A stretch of DNA of 64,000 bases from Mobula birostris (lineage: Eukaryota), in contig NC_092375.1 in NCBI RefSeq assembly GCF_030028105.1, forward strand, positions 45,917,130 to 45,981,129, in the 5' to 3' direction. Under the pieces are notes generated by a model. That model made no database searches. It was given only the letters and a program-made list of their open reading frames with translations, and was not told where the DNA came from. The translations under genes and the position numbers were made by a program. Below, in pieces: positions 1-12,038 of this stretch (within the stretch, counting starts at the first letter, position 1; every line of letters begins with the position of its first letter).

Positions 1-1495
1 CCGCGTCAAAGGGAAAAAAAATTTCTACAAATTGGTCTAAATTTATTACAATTATTAAACAAAAAATAATTCATTGCTCAAGTATTCACTCTCTTTAAGT
101 CAGTATTTAGTAGATGCACCTTTGGCAGCAATTATAGCCTTAAGTCTGTATGGTTAGGTCTCTATCAGCTTTGCACATCTGGACACTGCAATTTTTTCCC
201 ATTCTTCTTTACCAAACTGCTCAAGCTCTGTCAGATTGCATGGGATTGTGAGTGAACGGCCCTTTTCAAGTCCAGCCACAAATTCTCAATTGGATTGAGG
301 TCTGGACTCTCACTTGGCCACTCCAGGACATTATCTTTGTAGTTTTTAAGCCATTCCTGTGTAGCTTTGGCTTTATGCTTGGAGTCATTGTCTTTGTGGA
401 AAAGAAATCTTCTCCCAACTTGCAGTTCTCATGCAGACTGCATCAGGTTTTCCTCCAGGTTTTCCCTGTATTTTCCTGCATTCATTTTATCCTTTATCTT
501 CACAAGTTTTCAGGGCCTGCTGCAGTGAAGCAACCCCACAGCATGATGCAGCCACCATCATGCTTCTCGGCATGGATAGCGTGTTTTTGGTGATGTGTGG
601 TGTTTGGTGTTTTGTCTGATGGCCAAAAAGCTCAATTTTGGTTTCATCAGACCATAGAACCTTCTTCCAGCTGATTTCAGAGTCTCCCACATGCCTTCTG
701 GCAAACTCTAACTGAGATTTCATGTGAGTTTTTTTCACCACTGGCTTTCTCTTTGCTGCTCTCCCATAAAGCTGTGACTGGTGAAGCACCTGGGCAACAG
801 TTGTGGTATGCACAGTCTCTCCCATCTCAGCCACTGAAGCTTGTAATTCCTCCAGAATTGTCATAGATCTCTTAGTCGCTTCCCTCACTAGTCCCCTTCT
901 TGCATGGTCACTCAGTTTTTGAGGACGGCCTGCTGTAGGCAGATTTACAGCTGTGTCATATTCTTTCCATTTCTTGACGATTTTCTTAACTGTACTCCAG
1001 GGGATATGCAGTGACTTGGAAATTTTCTTATATCCATCTCCCAACTTGTGCCTTTCAATAATCTTTTCACGGAGTTGCTTGGAGTGTTCTTTTGTCTTCA
1101 TTGTGTAGTTTTTGCCAGGATACTGACTCACCAGCAGTTGGACCTTCCAGATACAGGTGTATTTTTACCACAATCAATTGAAACACCTTGACTGCACACA
1201 GGTGATCTCCATTTACAGTAACTAATTATGTGACTTCTAAAACCAATTGGCTGCACCGGTGATGATTTGGTGTGTCATATTAACGGGGGTGAATACTTAT
1301 GCAATCAATTATTTTCTGTTTTATATGTGTAATTAATTTAGATCACCTTATAGAGATCTGTTTTCACTTTGACACAGAAGATTCTTTTTCTGTTGATCAA
1401 TGTCAAAAAAGCCAAATTAATCCTCTGTGATTCCATGTTGTAAAACAATAAAACATGAAAACTTTCAAGGGGATGAATACTTTTTAGAGGAACTG
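1..1495 (-). mobile_element. Tc1/mariner DNA transposon (IR/DR, Sleeping Beauty-like), defective; left end lies outside the window
   Basis: ORF 487-1131(-) has a paired-like HTH (MKTKEHSKQLREKII...GYKKISKSL..PWSTV, AGRPQKLS) and the WSDETKIELFGH motif, then frameshifts. The right TIR ends ...GAGGAACTG|TA at 1495, with an inner DR at ~1285-1300. Bases 1-95 are the inverted counterpart of ~1285-1375. Confidence 0.92.
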
Positions 1496-1689
1496 TAAGT
1501 ACAGTCAGATGACAATAAACTTGAATCTGAACTTGGAACTTCAATACAGATATCTCTGGCGAACATTTTGAATTGACATGTAACTGAGGGAGATGGGAAT
1601 GCACAAAAACATTCTGGGTGCACAGTCAGGCCCACCAGAACGTGTGTGTGTAATGTCAAGACCACGGAGGATTCCATAATCTTGAAAGC

Positions 1690-1830
1690 AACTGCAGATG
1701 CTGCAGTTCTAAAACAAAGAAAAACAGAAAATGTTGGAAATACTCAACAGGTCAGGCAGCATCACTGGGAAGGGACACTCTGCAAGTGACACAGGTTCAG
1801 GACTGATTTCCTGACCTGACTGCTGGGAAA
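1690..1830 (-). mobile_element. Short degenerate Penelope-like 3' end fragment
   Basis: AAATGTTGGAAATACTCAACAGGTCAGGCAGCATC resembles the terminal sequence of the Penelope-like copies at 29355-29488 and 53043-53130. Confidence 0.55.
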
Positions 1831-3589
1831 CTGCAGGAACAGAGCTACACTGTTGGACTTTGGGATACGGCATCAGAACATGGTTATCAAGACAATATTC
1901 AGAGTCTGTCAAGAAGCCTGGGATTTCAATATAACATGAGTAACCCTCAGATTGAGTCAGGTTGTCAACCTCGCCCTCCCCTCCAAAATGCTGCTTAAAT
2001 GGCATTAAAATGTTATAAACATTTGTATTTTCCACAGCTAAGTTTGCTAAACATATGGCAGGTGTTGTATTGCTAAAAAGAGAATTCTATCAGCCACCTT
2101 TATCTTTTTTAGCTGTGTACATATTACTAGAATCTGAAATCTCTTCTTGACAATTTTCAAAACACCAATGTACTGTTAGATATAGATAGCAATCCTGACA
2201 TCATTATGGCTGGAGAGGTGCCCTTTCCTAATGCTAATTAATCAATTGAGTGTTTATGACACTTAATTCTAGAGATATTCCACTCAACACTAGTCTTATT
2301 GAATTCAATTTCATGGTTTGTGATTTGTACACATGATCACTACTTTAGCTAATACAATGCTATGACCAGTATGCTACTATAGTGTAATGCTCTTGACCAG
2401 TACAGAGCACAGTACAACATGAACAGTTGATCAAGTTCATTGCTACTACTTGGGTATGTTGTTCTATTTCTCTGAATAAATCCTGTAATGGCTTGTTTGC
2501 TTTCACTGCTTCTGTTGTATACGACGTTGATGGCTTTGTTGAACGATCCATAAGTGCTCCCTGTCCTATATTACGTCTCCTAGACCATTTATTTTATAGT
2601 CACGAAGCTATTTATCTTTCACAGTCCTATTAGATACAACACAGATCAGACATGACACAGCAATGAGTCAAGTAAGGCTCCTTCTTCACTATTGTAAATG
2701 TATTTTAATTCAAACAGTCAAAAAGACTTGGAGTTCAATATCATTTCTTTCAATTATTCTCTTTAAAACCTTTTGTTTGAAAATGTTAATTTGCAACAGT
2801 CTGTAGATTCAACTACTGATGGATCGAGATCAGTTTACCCAATGCATTTATATCCAACCTTTACAGACAACAGGAGAGATTTGCATTGCATCTATTTTAA
2901 CAAGATTGAAATAGATATCCTAAAACTGTAATAATAAAGGACATGAAAAATAAAAAGCAATTGGTTTAAACATGCACCAGGCAACATCAGCAAAAATTAG
3001 GGCATCTAGGACAGTAGGAGGAGTCCCATATGGATAGAATGAGCTGCAAACTGCATCTTGTATAAATGATAGTTATTTTTTCATTAAAGTGATGCAAAAG
3101 CAACTACAGAAAAAAAACATGTAGAAACTATGAGAAGCAAAAATGTTTCACGTACAAGTATGCACAAACAAAAATGTGAAACAATAGAAACAATAAAATA
3201 CTCATGCTATATTAAAGTCTGTATTAAAACGGGAAATGGTGACAAATTGCAGTGATCTGCAAGCCTGCAGAAGAGAAAGAAAAACAAGTCAGCAATGCAG
3301 CTAGTGCCCATATTAGCAATGTATTTTTCATGATTCCATCTTCACATCTCTCCACCATGATGCATTGACAGCCAATCTGGCAGTGCCAGTACACCCTGCT
3401 ATAAAGAAGATCTATCGTTATTAAAGCTGGCAATAAAGGCTCGGGAGAGCCAGGCAGAAAGAGAAGTTCTAGATAGTCCTATTAGTCATGTAGCACTTCT
3501 CAGCCTTCAGAAATCAATCTAGATAGGTGGTAGAAGTATCGGCAGGAGAACATTTTGGGAAGGCATTCCATGGTTCTACAAGTTTCGAG

Positions 3590-3808
3590 GTAGCTATGGA
3601 CAGGGATAAGGGTGGTTCTTAAATTAGGGTCCTAAATTAGGGAAAGTTGTCATCAATAGCCTACAAGGGTAGACTGGCAAAAGTAGACTGGAAGCAAATG
3701 CTTGTGAGTAAGACAACACCTGACAAGTGGGTGACTTTAAAAGAGCATTTGTAAGAGATCAAGTCCAGCACGTTCCAGTAAGGGTGGAAAGGAAAGATTA
3801 GGAAACCT
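3590..3808 (+). mobile_element. CR1 LINE ORF2 fragment (left part of a copy split by a nested insertion)
   Basis: Degenerate similarity to CR1 ORF2 at ~60200-60420 (VLNW..., VDW..., KWE.FK, ...REPW). The copy resumes at 10681. Confidence 0.6.
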
Positions 3809-5404
3809 TTTGCTTGTTATTTTTTAGACTTTCAGGGATCAATTTTAGGACTGTGTGGGGAGTTAGAAATCATGTTAGATTTAGGGACAGGGATGAAGTG
3901 TAATGAATGGAATGAGGTGGCAGGAGCTGATGTTCAAAGTCCAAACCGCAGCACTCCACGGTAGAAGGTCAGCTGTCCTGGAGGTCATGTTAGCAGGTAC
4001 TAAGCTGACCATCAATCTCCAGATCAGCGAGTCCCAAGTCAGAGGACTGTATGGGTGATAGTCATGAGTACCTGTGACCCCTGCCCCCTGCCAGGCGACT
4101 GGAGTCGGAGGTCTGTGCCTCCATAAGTCGAGGCCCTAAGCATTCCATGGTTGAAGGTGAGCCATCCCGGAGGTCAGGTCAGCAGGCACTGAGGAAATCA
4201 GTGATCCTTAGGTCCGACGTGTCCTGAAATGGAGATCCAGAGTCATGGGGCTGGTGACCCCACCCCCACCAAGTTTACCAGGTTTAAAGGTCTGTGTGAG
4301 TTCAGAAACTGAGGCCTGGAGGTCAAACCTGTGGTTGTTAATCCTGGCGTCAATATCCAAAGGTCAGTGAAATCCAGAGGGCAAAGCCAAAGGCTGAAGT
4401 CCAAAGCTCGGTGAGTCTGGAGATTAAAAGACAAAGGACAGTCCAGAGGTTGAGTCAGGAAGTTTGAGTCCGCTAGTTCGGGGGAGGCTCAGAAGGTTGG
4501 AGACCCAGTGTCTGTGAGTCTGAGAGTCCAGGGCTAAGGACTGAAGGCCCAGAGGTGGCCTGTCCTGGGGATGGAGGCCTGCCTGTGTGTGAGGGGGTGG
4601 GTGTGAGGGGGGGGGGGTGGCTGTGAGGGAGGTGTGTGAGGGAGGTAGGTGAGGGGGAGTGGATGAGAGGGGGGTGGGTGTGAGGGGGTGGGTGAGAAGG
4701 GGTTTGGTGTGAGGGGGTGGGTAAGAGGTGGGTATGTGTGAGGGGGGTGTGTGTGAGGGGGTGGGTGTGAGGGGGTGTGTGTGAGGGTGTGTGTGAGAGG
4801 GGGTGTATGAGAGGGGGGTGGGTGTGAGGGGTTGAGAGGGAGTGTGTGTGAGGGGGTGTGGGTGTGAGGGGGGTGGGTGAGGGGGGTATGTGAGGGGGGT
4901 GTGTAAGAGGGGGTGTGTGTGAGGGGGTGGGTGTGAGGGGGTGGGTGAGGGGGGGTGTGTGTGTGAGTGAGGTTGTGTGACGGGGTGGGTGAGAGGGGGT
5001 GTGAGGGGGGTGTGAGGGGGGTGGGTGAGGGGGGTGGGTGTGAGGGGGTGGGTGAGAGGGGGTGTGTGTGTGAGTGAGGTTGTGTGATGGAGTGGGTGAG
5101 AGGGGGTGTGTGGGGGGTGTGAGGGGGGTGGGTGTGAGGGGTTGGGTGAGAGGGGGTTGGGTGTGAGGCGGGTGTGTGAGAAGGGGGTGGGTGTGAGCGG
5201 AGTGTGTGTGATGGGGTGGGTGAGAGGGGGGTTGGGTGTGAGGCGGGTATGTGAGAGGGGTGTGGGTGTGGGGGGCGGTGGGTGAGAGGGTGGGAAATGC
5301 GTTTGTTTATGCTGTCGTTGTCTTGTTTTATTCTATAGTTGTTGTTGTTTGTGTTATTCTGCTGAACATCATGGGCATTTGGTTCTGGCACCGAAATGTG
5401 TGGC
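3809..5404 (+). mobile_element. Non-autonomous LINE-tailed retroposon, 5' part (3' part at 10551-10683)
   Basis: Non-coding, with internal degenerate repeats and a G-rich array. 5370-5404 joined to 10551-10683 reconstitutes a 3' end resembling the SINE tail at 43020-43140, ending AATAAA plus (TCTGAA)-like repeats. Confidence 0.55.
4585..5293. repeat. G-rich low-complexity minisatellite (GTGTGAGGGGGGTGG-like units)
   Basis: Directly visible ~700 bp array, almost devoid of C on the + strand. Confidence 0.95.
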
Positions 5405-8400
5405 TGCAGTGCATTCAATATTTCAGTAACATTTGAGTAATATTGTAAATATATTGTTTGATTAAGCATTCTTTGTTTGTTTACATAATTCATTCTGGGT
5501 TATAGGTGAGAAGTATCTGAATGGCCCATGTCATTATGTCACCATGTTCAAAGTTCAAAGTTCAAAGTGAAATTTATTATCAGAGTACATACGTGTCGCC
5601 AAATGCAACCCTGATATTTTATTTCCTGCGGGCACACTCAGTAACTGTTAAACAGGATCAATGAACAACAAACACAAATATAAACAATGAGCAATAAACA
5701 ACAAGTATGAAATAACTAGGTAAGAGTCCTTAAAGTGAGACCAGAAATAGAAGGAGTGTAGTTATCCTCTTTTGTTCTGGAGCCTGATGGTTGAGGGGTA
5801 GTAACTGTTCCTGAACCGGGTGGTGCACGTCCTGAGGCTCCTGTACCTTCTACCTGATGGCAGCAGTGAGAAAAGAGTATGGCCTGAATGGTGAGGATCT
5901 TTGATATCAGATGCTGCTTTTCTACGACAATGTTTCATGTAGATGTGCTCAATGGTTGGGAAGGCTTTACCCACAATGAACTGGGCCAAATCCACTACAT
6001 TTTGGAGGATTTTTTGCTCAAAGGTATTGATGTTCCCATACCAGGCTATAACGCAGCCAGTCTCTTTCCACTTACACTTTATAGAAGCTTGCCAAGATTT
6101 TTGATTACATGCTGAACCTCCACAGATCCCTGAAGAAGTGAAGCACTGTAGAGTTTTCTTCACATTATTTATATGATGGGTCAGAGCAGGTGTTCTGAGA
6201 TAGTGACACCCAGGAATTTAAAGTTACTGACCCTCACCACCTCTGATCCTCTGCTGAGTACTGGCTCATGGACCTCTTTCTGGTTTCCCTCTCCTGAAGT
6301 CTACAATCAGTTCCTTGATATTGAGTGAGAGTTGTAGTTATTATACCACTCAGCCAAATTTTCAATCTCAGTCTTGTCATCACCACCTTTGATACAGCCC
6401 ACAACAGTGGTGTCATCAGCAAACTTGTATATGGTGTTAGAGCTGTACTTAGCCACAACCATAGGTGTAAAGTGAGTAGAACAGGGGACTAAGCACACAG
6501 CCCTGGGGTGCACCTGCGCTAATGGAGATTTTGGAGAAGGTATTTTTGCCAGTCTGAACTGAATGAGGTCTGCAAGTGAGGAAATCCAGGATCCAATTGC
6601 ACCAGTGAGCATTGAGGCCCAAGTCTTGGAGTTTGCTCATTAGGTCGAGGAAGTGATGGTATTAAATGCTGAGCTGTAATTGATAAGGAACATGCTGACG
6701 TATACCCACCTTTGCTGTCCAGATGTCCCAGGGTTGTGTGAAGAGCCAATGATCTGGCATTTGCTGTGGACCTGTTGCTTTGGTAAGCAAATTGGAGCGG
6801 ATCCAAGTCGCCTCTCTGACAGGAGCTGATATGTTTCAACACCAGCCTCTCAAAATACTTCATCACTGTGGGTGTAAGTGCCAGTGGGTACCAGTCACTG
6901 AGGCTGGTCATCATGCTCCCCTGGGCACTGGTACAATTGAAACCTGCTTGAGGCAGGTGGGTATCACACACTGCCAGAGTGAGAAGTTGAAGATATCCAT
7001 GAATACACCAGCCAGCTGGTCGGCCTAGGTCTTCAGTACTTAGCCAATTACTCCGTCGGGACCGAATGCTTTCCTTGGATTCACTCTCTGAAGGCAGCCG
7101 GCATGTCATCTTCAGGTACTGAGACCAAAGGATCATCAGGAGACATGGGGGGGGGGGTGTGATGTTTCTTCCCTGTTCTGCTGGTCAAAGTGAGTATAGA
7201 AGGCATTGTGCTCATCTGGAAGTGAAGCTCTGCCATCCCCTTTGTCGCAAGATTTAACTTTGTGGAGGTTATGGCTTTCAAACCCAGCCACAGCTGTAGA
7301 GCATCCCTCCTTGATTCCAGACTAGTCCAGAATCTCCACTTCGCCCTTGAGGTGGCTTTCCAGAGATCTTACCTGCACCTCATAGCATTCTTGATCTCCA
7401 GACTTCAATGCCTTTGATCTGGCTCTCAGTGGGTTCCAAATTTCATTGTTCATCCAGGGTTTCTGATTGGGGGAAACACTGAACGATTTCACAGGGGCAC
7501 ACTCAATCACAGTTGTTTTAATAAACCCCACAATGACCCTAGTTTAGTCATTCATATCCTCAGATAAATTCTTGGACATGGCCCAGTTCTCTAATTCAAA
7601 GCAATCTTTCAACCATTCCTCTACCTCCTGTGACCACCTCTTGTTTGCCTTGATCTCTGGTGCCTTGTTTATTGGGCTCTGTTTGGATGCAGGTACTGGG
7701 AGTAGAGCCAAAAGGTCTGATTTGCCAAAATGCAGCCTCAGAAAGCAACGACAGGCATCCCTTATCATAGTGGAGCAGTGGTCTAGTGTGTTGAGACCTC
7801 TGATGCAACAGGTTACATGCTGGTGATAAAAAGCACAACTCACATTTAAAAGAGCAGTAAAAATCATTGTCTCCATTTAAGCAGCACCTAGAGACACAAT
7901 TAAGTTACAGTCAGAAATGAAGGTGAGTGTGAACAAAATTGCAATGTCTAAACAGGAATTGGCCTGGCTGAACAAATTGTCTTACCATTGTAGAAGGGGT
8001 CCACATACACCAGACCAATGCAAATTTAAAGGTGAAACTTGCAGAAGATGCAAAAAAGTAGGACAGATTCAAAGAGCATGCTGGGCAGACACAAAATAAA
8101 TGAACTCCACATGGAAGAGATAAAGATAAAAAGTCAAGTTGCAGTTTCAAAAATCACTCTAATCTGCTTAGAAAAAATCTGATAATGAGAGTACTCAGGA
8201 CTGAGTAGCCTTGAGATTCACAGTGCGAAAACTAACAACAGGCAAGCAATATGGCTTCCACCAGAAGTGAATGGCAAATAAATTAAAATGGAATTGGACA
8301 CTGGTTTTGCTGTTTCAGTCATTCTACAAAATTAGTTTGAACAGCATCTTAAAGACACTGAACTGAAGCCTGAAGATATCTAACTAAGAACATACACTGG

Positions 8401-10550
8401 AGAAACAATAACTCCTGTGGGAATGACATTCATAATTGTGAAATACAACCATCACTGAACTTGTGTGTGGTAAAAACAGAAGGGTCAGCATGCTAGGGTC
8501 ATGATTTGCTGAGATAACTGCAACTTGATTGGAGATACGTCCACCATTTGCATGCCACATCCGCAGCAAAAGAGTCAACTGAAAGCAAATTAAGAAAGGT
8601 ACTGGATGATGCCACAACAGTGTTCAAGAATGGCATTGGAAAATGAAAACATATCAAGGGTAAAATAGCGTTAAATGAGAATACCACATCCAAGTTTTAC
8701 AAAACCTGTCCAGTTCCTTATACCATCTGTGATAAAGTAACCAGTGAGCTAGAACATATGGAGGCTGAAGGAATTCTTTCCAAGTTTGAGTGGAGCCCAT
8801 GCACAACACCAGTGATCCCAGTAGCCAAAAAGAATGGGTCTGTCAGGATCTATGGTGATTTTAAGGTCACCATCAGCCCAGTACTGAAGGTAGCTCAGTA
8901 TCCTCTACCCAGGATAAAGGGTAGCTTTGCAAAACTTTCTGGAATGAAATACTTGTGCAAACTGGACAGCTAAGGCATGCATATAGATGGAGATGGAAGA
9001 AAAATCTAAAGTATTTCTCACCATTAACACTCACAAAGGGCTTTATCATTATTTTTAGAGTAGTCTCTGTATCTGCACTCTGGCAGAAATCTATGGACCA
9101 GGTGCTGCAAGGACGCACAAGCACCTGGATGGCATCATCGTCAGCAGTGGGGATGACAAGGAACATCTCCAAAATCTCAAGATAGTTTAAAAAAGATTGG
9201 AAGATTATGGGCTCAGAGCATAATGCAACCAGTGTGAATTCTTTAAACCAAACCAATAGTCACACCCATTTACACAGAATCATTACACAAGTGTGCTGAG
9301 AAAATTCAAGCAGCAGTGAATGCCCCAAAGCCAAAGGACATGTCACAATTGTAGTTCTTTTTAGGATTTTTCAATTATTATAACAGGTTTCTGCCTAATC
9401 TGGCTACTGTGCTCCACCCATTAAACTCATTACTACAGATCAGGAAGAAATGGCAATGGACAAAACAGTGTTGGTGGTTCTCCAAAAGGCCAAGGAAGTG
9501 GTGACGTCAGACACTGTACTCACACATTATGATCCATATTGTACAGTGAACCTTTCCTGTGATGCCTCACCTTATGGTATAGGTGCGGTCATGTCACGTT
9601 ATGAGTGATGGAAGTTAACGCCCCATAGCCTTTGCATTGGGTTTCTTTATCACTGCAGAGAAAAAGTGTGCATGGATTAACAGAGAGGCCTTGAGTCTGG
9701 TTTGGGGTGTACAATGTTTCGACCAGTACTTGTATGGGAGAGAGTTTACCCTCTTTATTGATCATCAGTCACTTGGTGTCCATTCTCAATCCACAGAAGG
9801 GTGTTTCACTAACAGCAGCAGCATGTGTGAAGAGATGGGCTCCGTTTCTTGGAGGACACAATTTCAAGATCGAGTTCAAGAGGATGGCTAATCATGAAAA
9901 TGCAGATGGATTGTCCTGTTTACCATTGGAAAAGGAAATACCTGAAAAATTTACAAAGGAGGACATTCATCGTGATGTATTTTCCCTAACGCAAATCGAA
10001 GGTTTCCCTATCATGGCAGAGGTGATCCAAAGGGAAACCAGAAAAGACCCCACACTGTCTCAGGTCTATGTGGCCACAGGAAGTGGCTGGAATGTGCAGC
10101 AGAAATCCCAGTTTCCCCACTTTTACCAGTGCTGAGATGAATCTACCCTTGACATGGGCTGCCTTAAATGAAGATTGAGAGTTGTTGTACCATCCAAGCT
10201 GAGAGCTAAATTGCTGGAGGAGCTGCATGCTAGTCACCTAAGGAATAGAAAGAAATATGTTACATATTTGAGTTGAGATGCATTCTATATTGAGTTGGAG
10301 TTTATAGCTAAGCAGAGAAAGCTGTAGTGTATTAAATATTTGAGTAATATTGTAAATATATTGTCTGATTAAGCATTCTTTGTTTGATTACATAATTCAC
10401 TATGGACTCCATGTAAGAAGTACGTGAATGGCCTACACTATTACGCCACCACATCTTTGTGAGTGCCTCACTAAAGAAAAACTAAGGAGGTAATTATCCC
10501 AGCTCCTATGTTTTTCTTTCCTTTAGTTCCTGGGCTCATAAGACATTACA
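5405..10550 (+). mobile_element. Gypsy/Ty3 LTR retrotransposon, defective (interrupted by a LINE, integrase deleted)
   Basis: The 5' LTR remnant 5405-5545 matches the 3' LTR 10323-10550 (TG...ACA), with a purine tract AAGCAGAGAAAGC before 10323. Gag Zn knuckles lie at ~7985-8085 (C..C...H....C pattern, degenerate), protease MELDTG at 8288, RT at 8758-9250 (VAKKNGSVRIYGDFK, YPLPRI) and RNase H at ~9550-9900. Pol breaks off at LLEELHASHL near 10240. Confidence 0.88.
5546..7876 (-). mobile_element. Rex1/Babar-like LINE, 5'-truncated and decayed
   Basis: Minus-strand ORF pieces LDPLQFAYQSNRST, GAPQGCVLSPLFYSLYT, KFADDTTVVG and LLPSGRRYRSLRTCTTRFRNSYYP. The 3' tail is AATAAA plus (TTTGAAC)3 at 5546-5580. 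Confidence 0.88.
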
Positions 10551-10680
10551 TGGTGACACTTTTAGGCTACACCCCCCCCCCCCGACCCCCAGCACATCCT
10601 TGGGTGTGTTGTTTGTTTAAAAAAAGACGCATTTTATTTCATGTACACATGTTAAATAAATCTGAATGTGAATATGAATC

Positions 10681-11265
10681 TGATGACAAAGGATATCGAG
10701 GGCTTGAGCAGAATAAAGAAAGCACAAGACAGGTATAGGCAACAGGAACTGGGCGAGTCTATCGATAAATATAACAGGTGTATGAAGGAACTTTAGAGAG
10801 AAATCAGGTCTAAAAATATAGGCCTCAAAATATCCTCAGCAAGTAAGATTAAAGTGAATCCCAGGTATTGTCAGGAGAAAGAGCATAGTCAGAGAAAGAG
10901 TGGGTCCCATTAGGGACCATTGGGGTAATCTATGTGTGGAACTAGAGAGTGTACTGAGGTGAGAGATCCTAAAGAAAGATTTCTCATGAGTATTCACCAA
11001 GGAGAAGGACACGGTTGGCAGTGAGTTCAGGGAGGAGCACATTGATTGTTTGGAGTAGTTCAGTATTATGAAAGTGAAGGATTTAGATGTCTTAAAATGC
11101 ATAAGGTTTAACAAATCCTCAGGGCATGAAACTGTTTATTTCAGGAAACAATGGAAAGCAAGGGAGAAGAGAGCTGGGATCTTGACTAAGGTTTTTGAGT
11201 ATTGTGCCAGAAGACTGGAGGACAGCTGATGTTGTTCATTTATTTAAGAAAGGTGACAGATAGAA
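10681..11265 (+). mobile_element. CR1 LINE ORF2 fragment (continuation of 3590-3808)
   Basis: ATGACAAAGGATATCGAGGGC follows the REPW position. Downstream sequence matches VFTKE, NKSSG and EDWRTADVVHLFKKG of CR1 ORF2. Confidence 0.7.
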
Positions 11266-12038
11266 TATAATGTGGATAATAAAAAAAGCAAAGGGCATCT
11301 ACTTAGGGGATAAATTCAAACGTGCATAAATGTACAGTCAATGGAAAGATATGAACATTGGGTAGGCAGAAGGGATTAGTTCAGGTGAACATCTGATTAC
11401 TAATTTAATTAGTTTTGGCCAACATTATAGAGAAGGGCCTGTTCCTGTGTTGTTCTAATAGAAAAACTGATTATATTTACAAAGGTTGAGAAATTATTAA
11501 TTGCTTCAAAGAGTTCTGGGTGTTCTTGTTTATGAAATGGAAAAGGCCAAATTAGCAAGCACTTAGGAGGACAAATGATTCACTGGTTTTTATTGCAAGG
11601 GAGTTGAAGTCTAAAAACTCCCTACACTGGCTCCCTGGAAAAGTGAACTGTGCAATAAAGATGGATTGAGTAGTGTGGACTCATAATCTCTGTAGAAATA
11701 GGAAAAACAATCTCAATGAAAGCTGTAAGACACTGAGAGTCATTTCCCCTTGCTGCAGCAATGTGAAGTTGAGGCATAATCTCCAGAATGAGGGGTCAAC
11801 CATTTAACATAGAAATAAAGAAAAAAATCTATACCAGGGTTGTGATACTTTGGAATTGTCAAACTAAATGGGTCAAGATGATTCCATAATTGATAGTTAG
11901 ATATGTTAGGGATCATTCTGGAGTTTAGACATTATGGATAAATTAAAATAAGGCAGTTACCCAGCAACTTTACCCCAGCCAAGCTTTGAAGGTTCTGTGA
12001 AAAGTTAAACCGAAGTTATCAAATAAGTATTGTGAAGC

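Noticed and set aside
2360-2633. Short ORFs in unique-looking sequence
   Set aside because: No recognisable domain or clear splice structure.
4534-5493. 319-aa Pro/His/Thr-rich ORF
   Set aside because: An artefact of translating the C-rich strand of a low-complexity array.
10240-10265. Alternative PPT and LTR start at 10258
   Set aside because: Similarity to the 5' LTR starts only at 10323, which has its own purine tract.
10551-10562. TGGTGACAC after the LTR as a tRNA primer-binding site
   Set aside because: Better explained as the resumed host retroposon tail and degenerate TSD.
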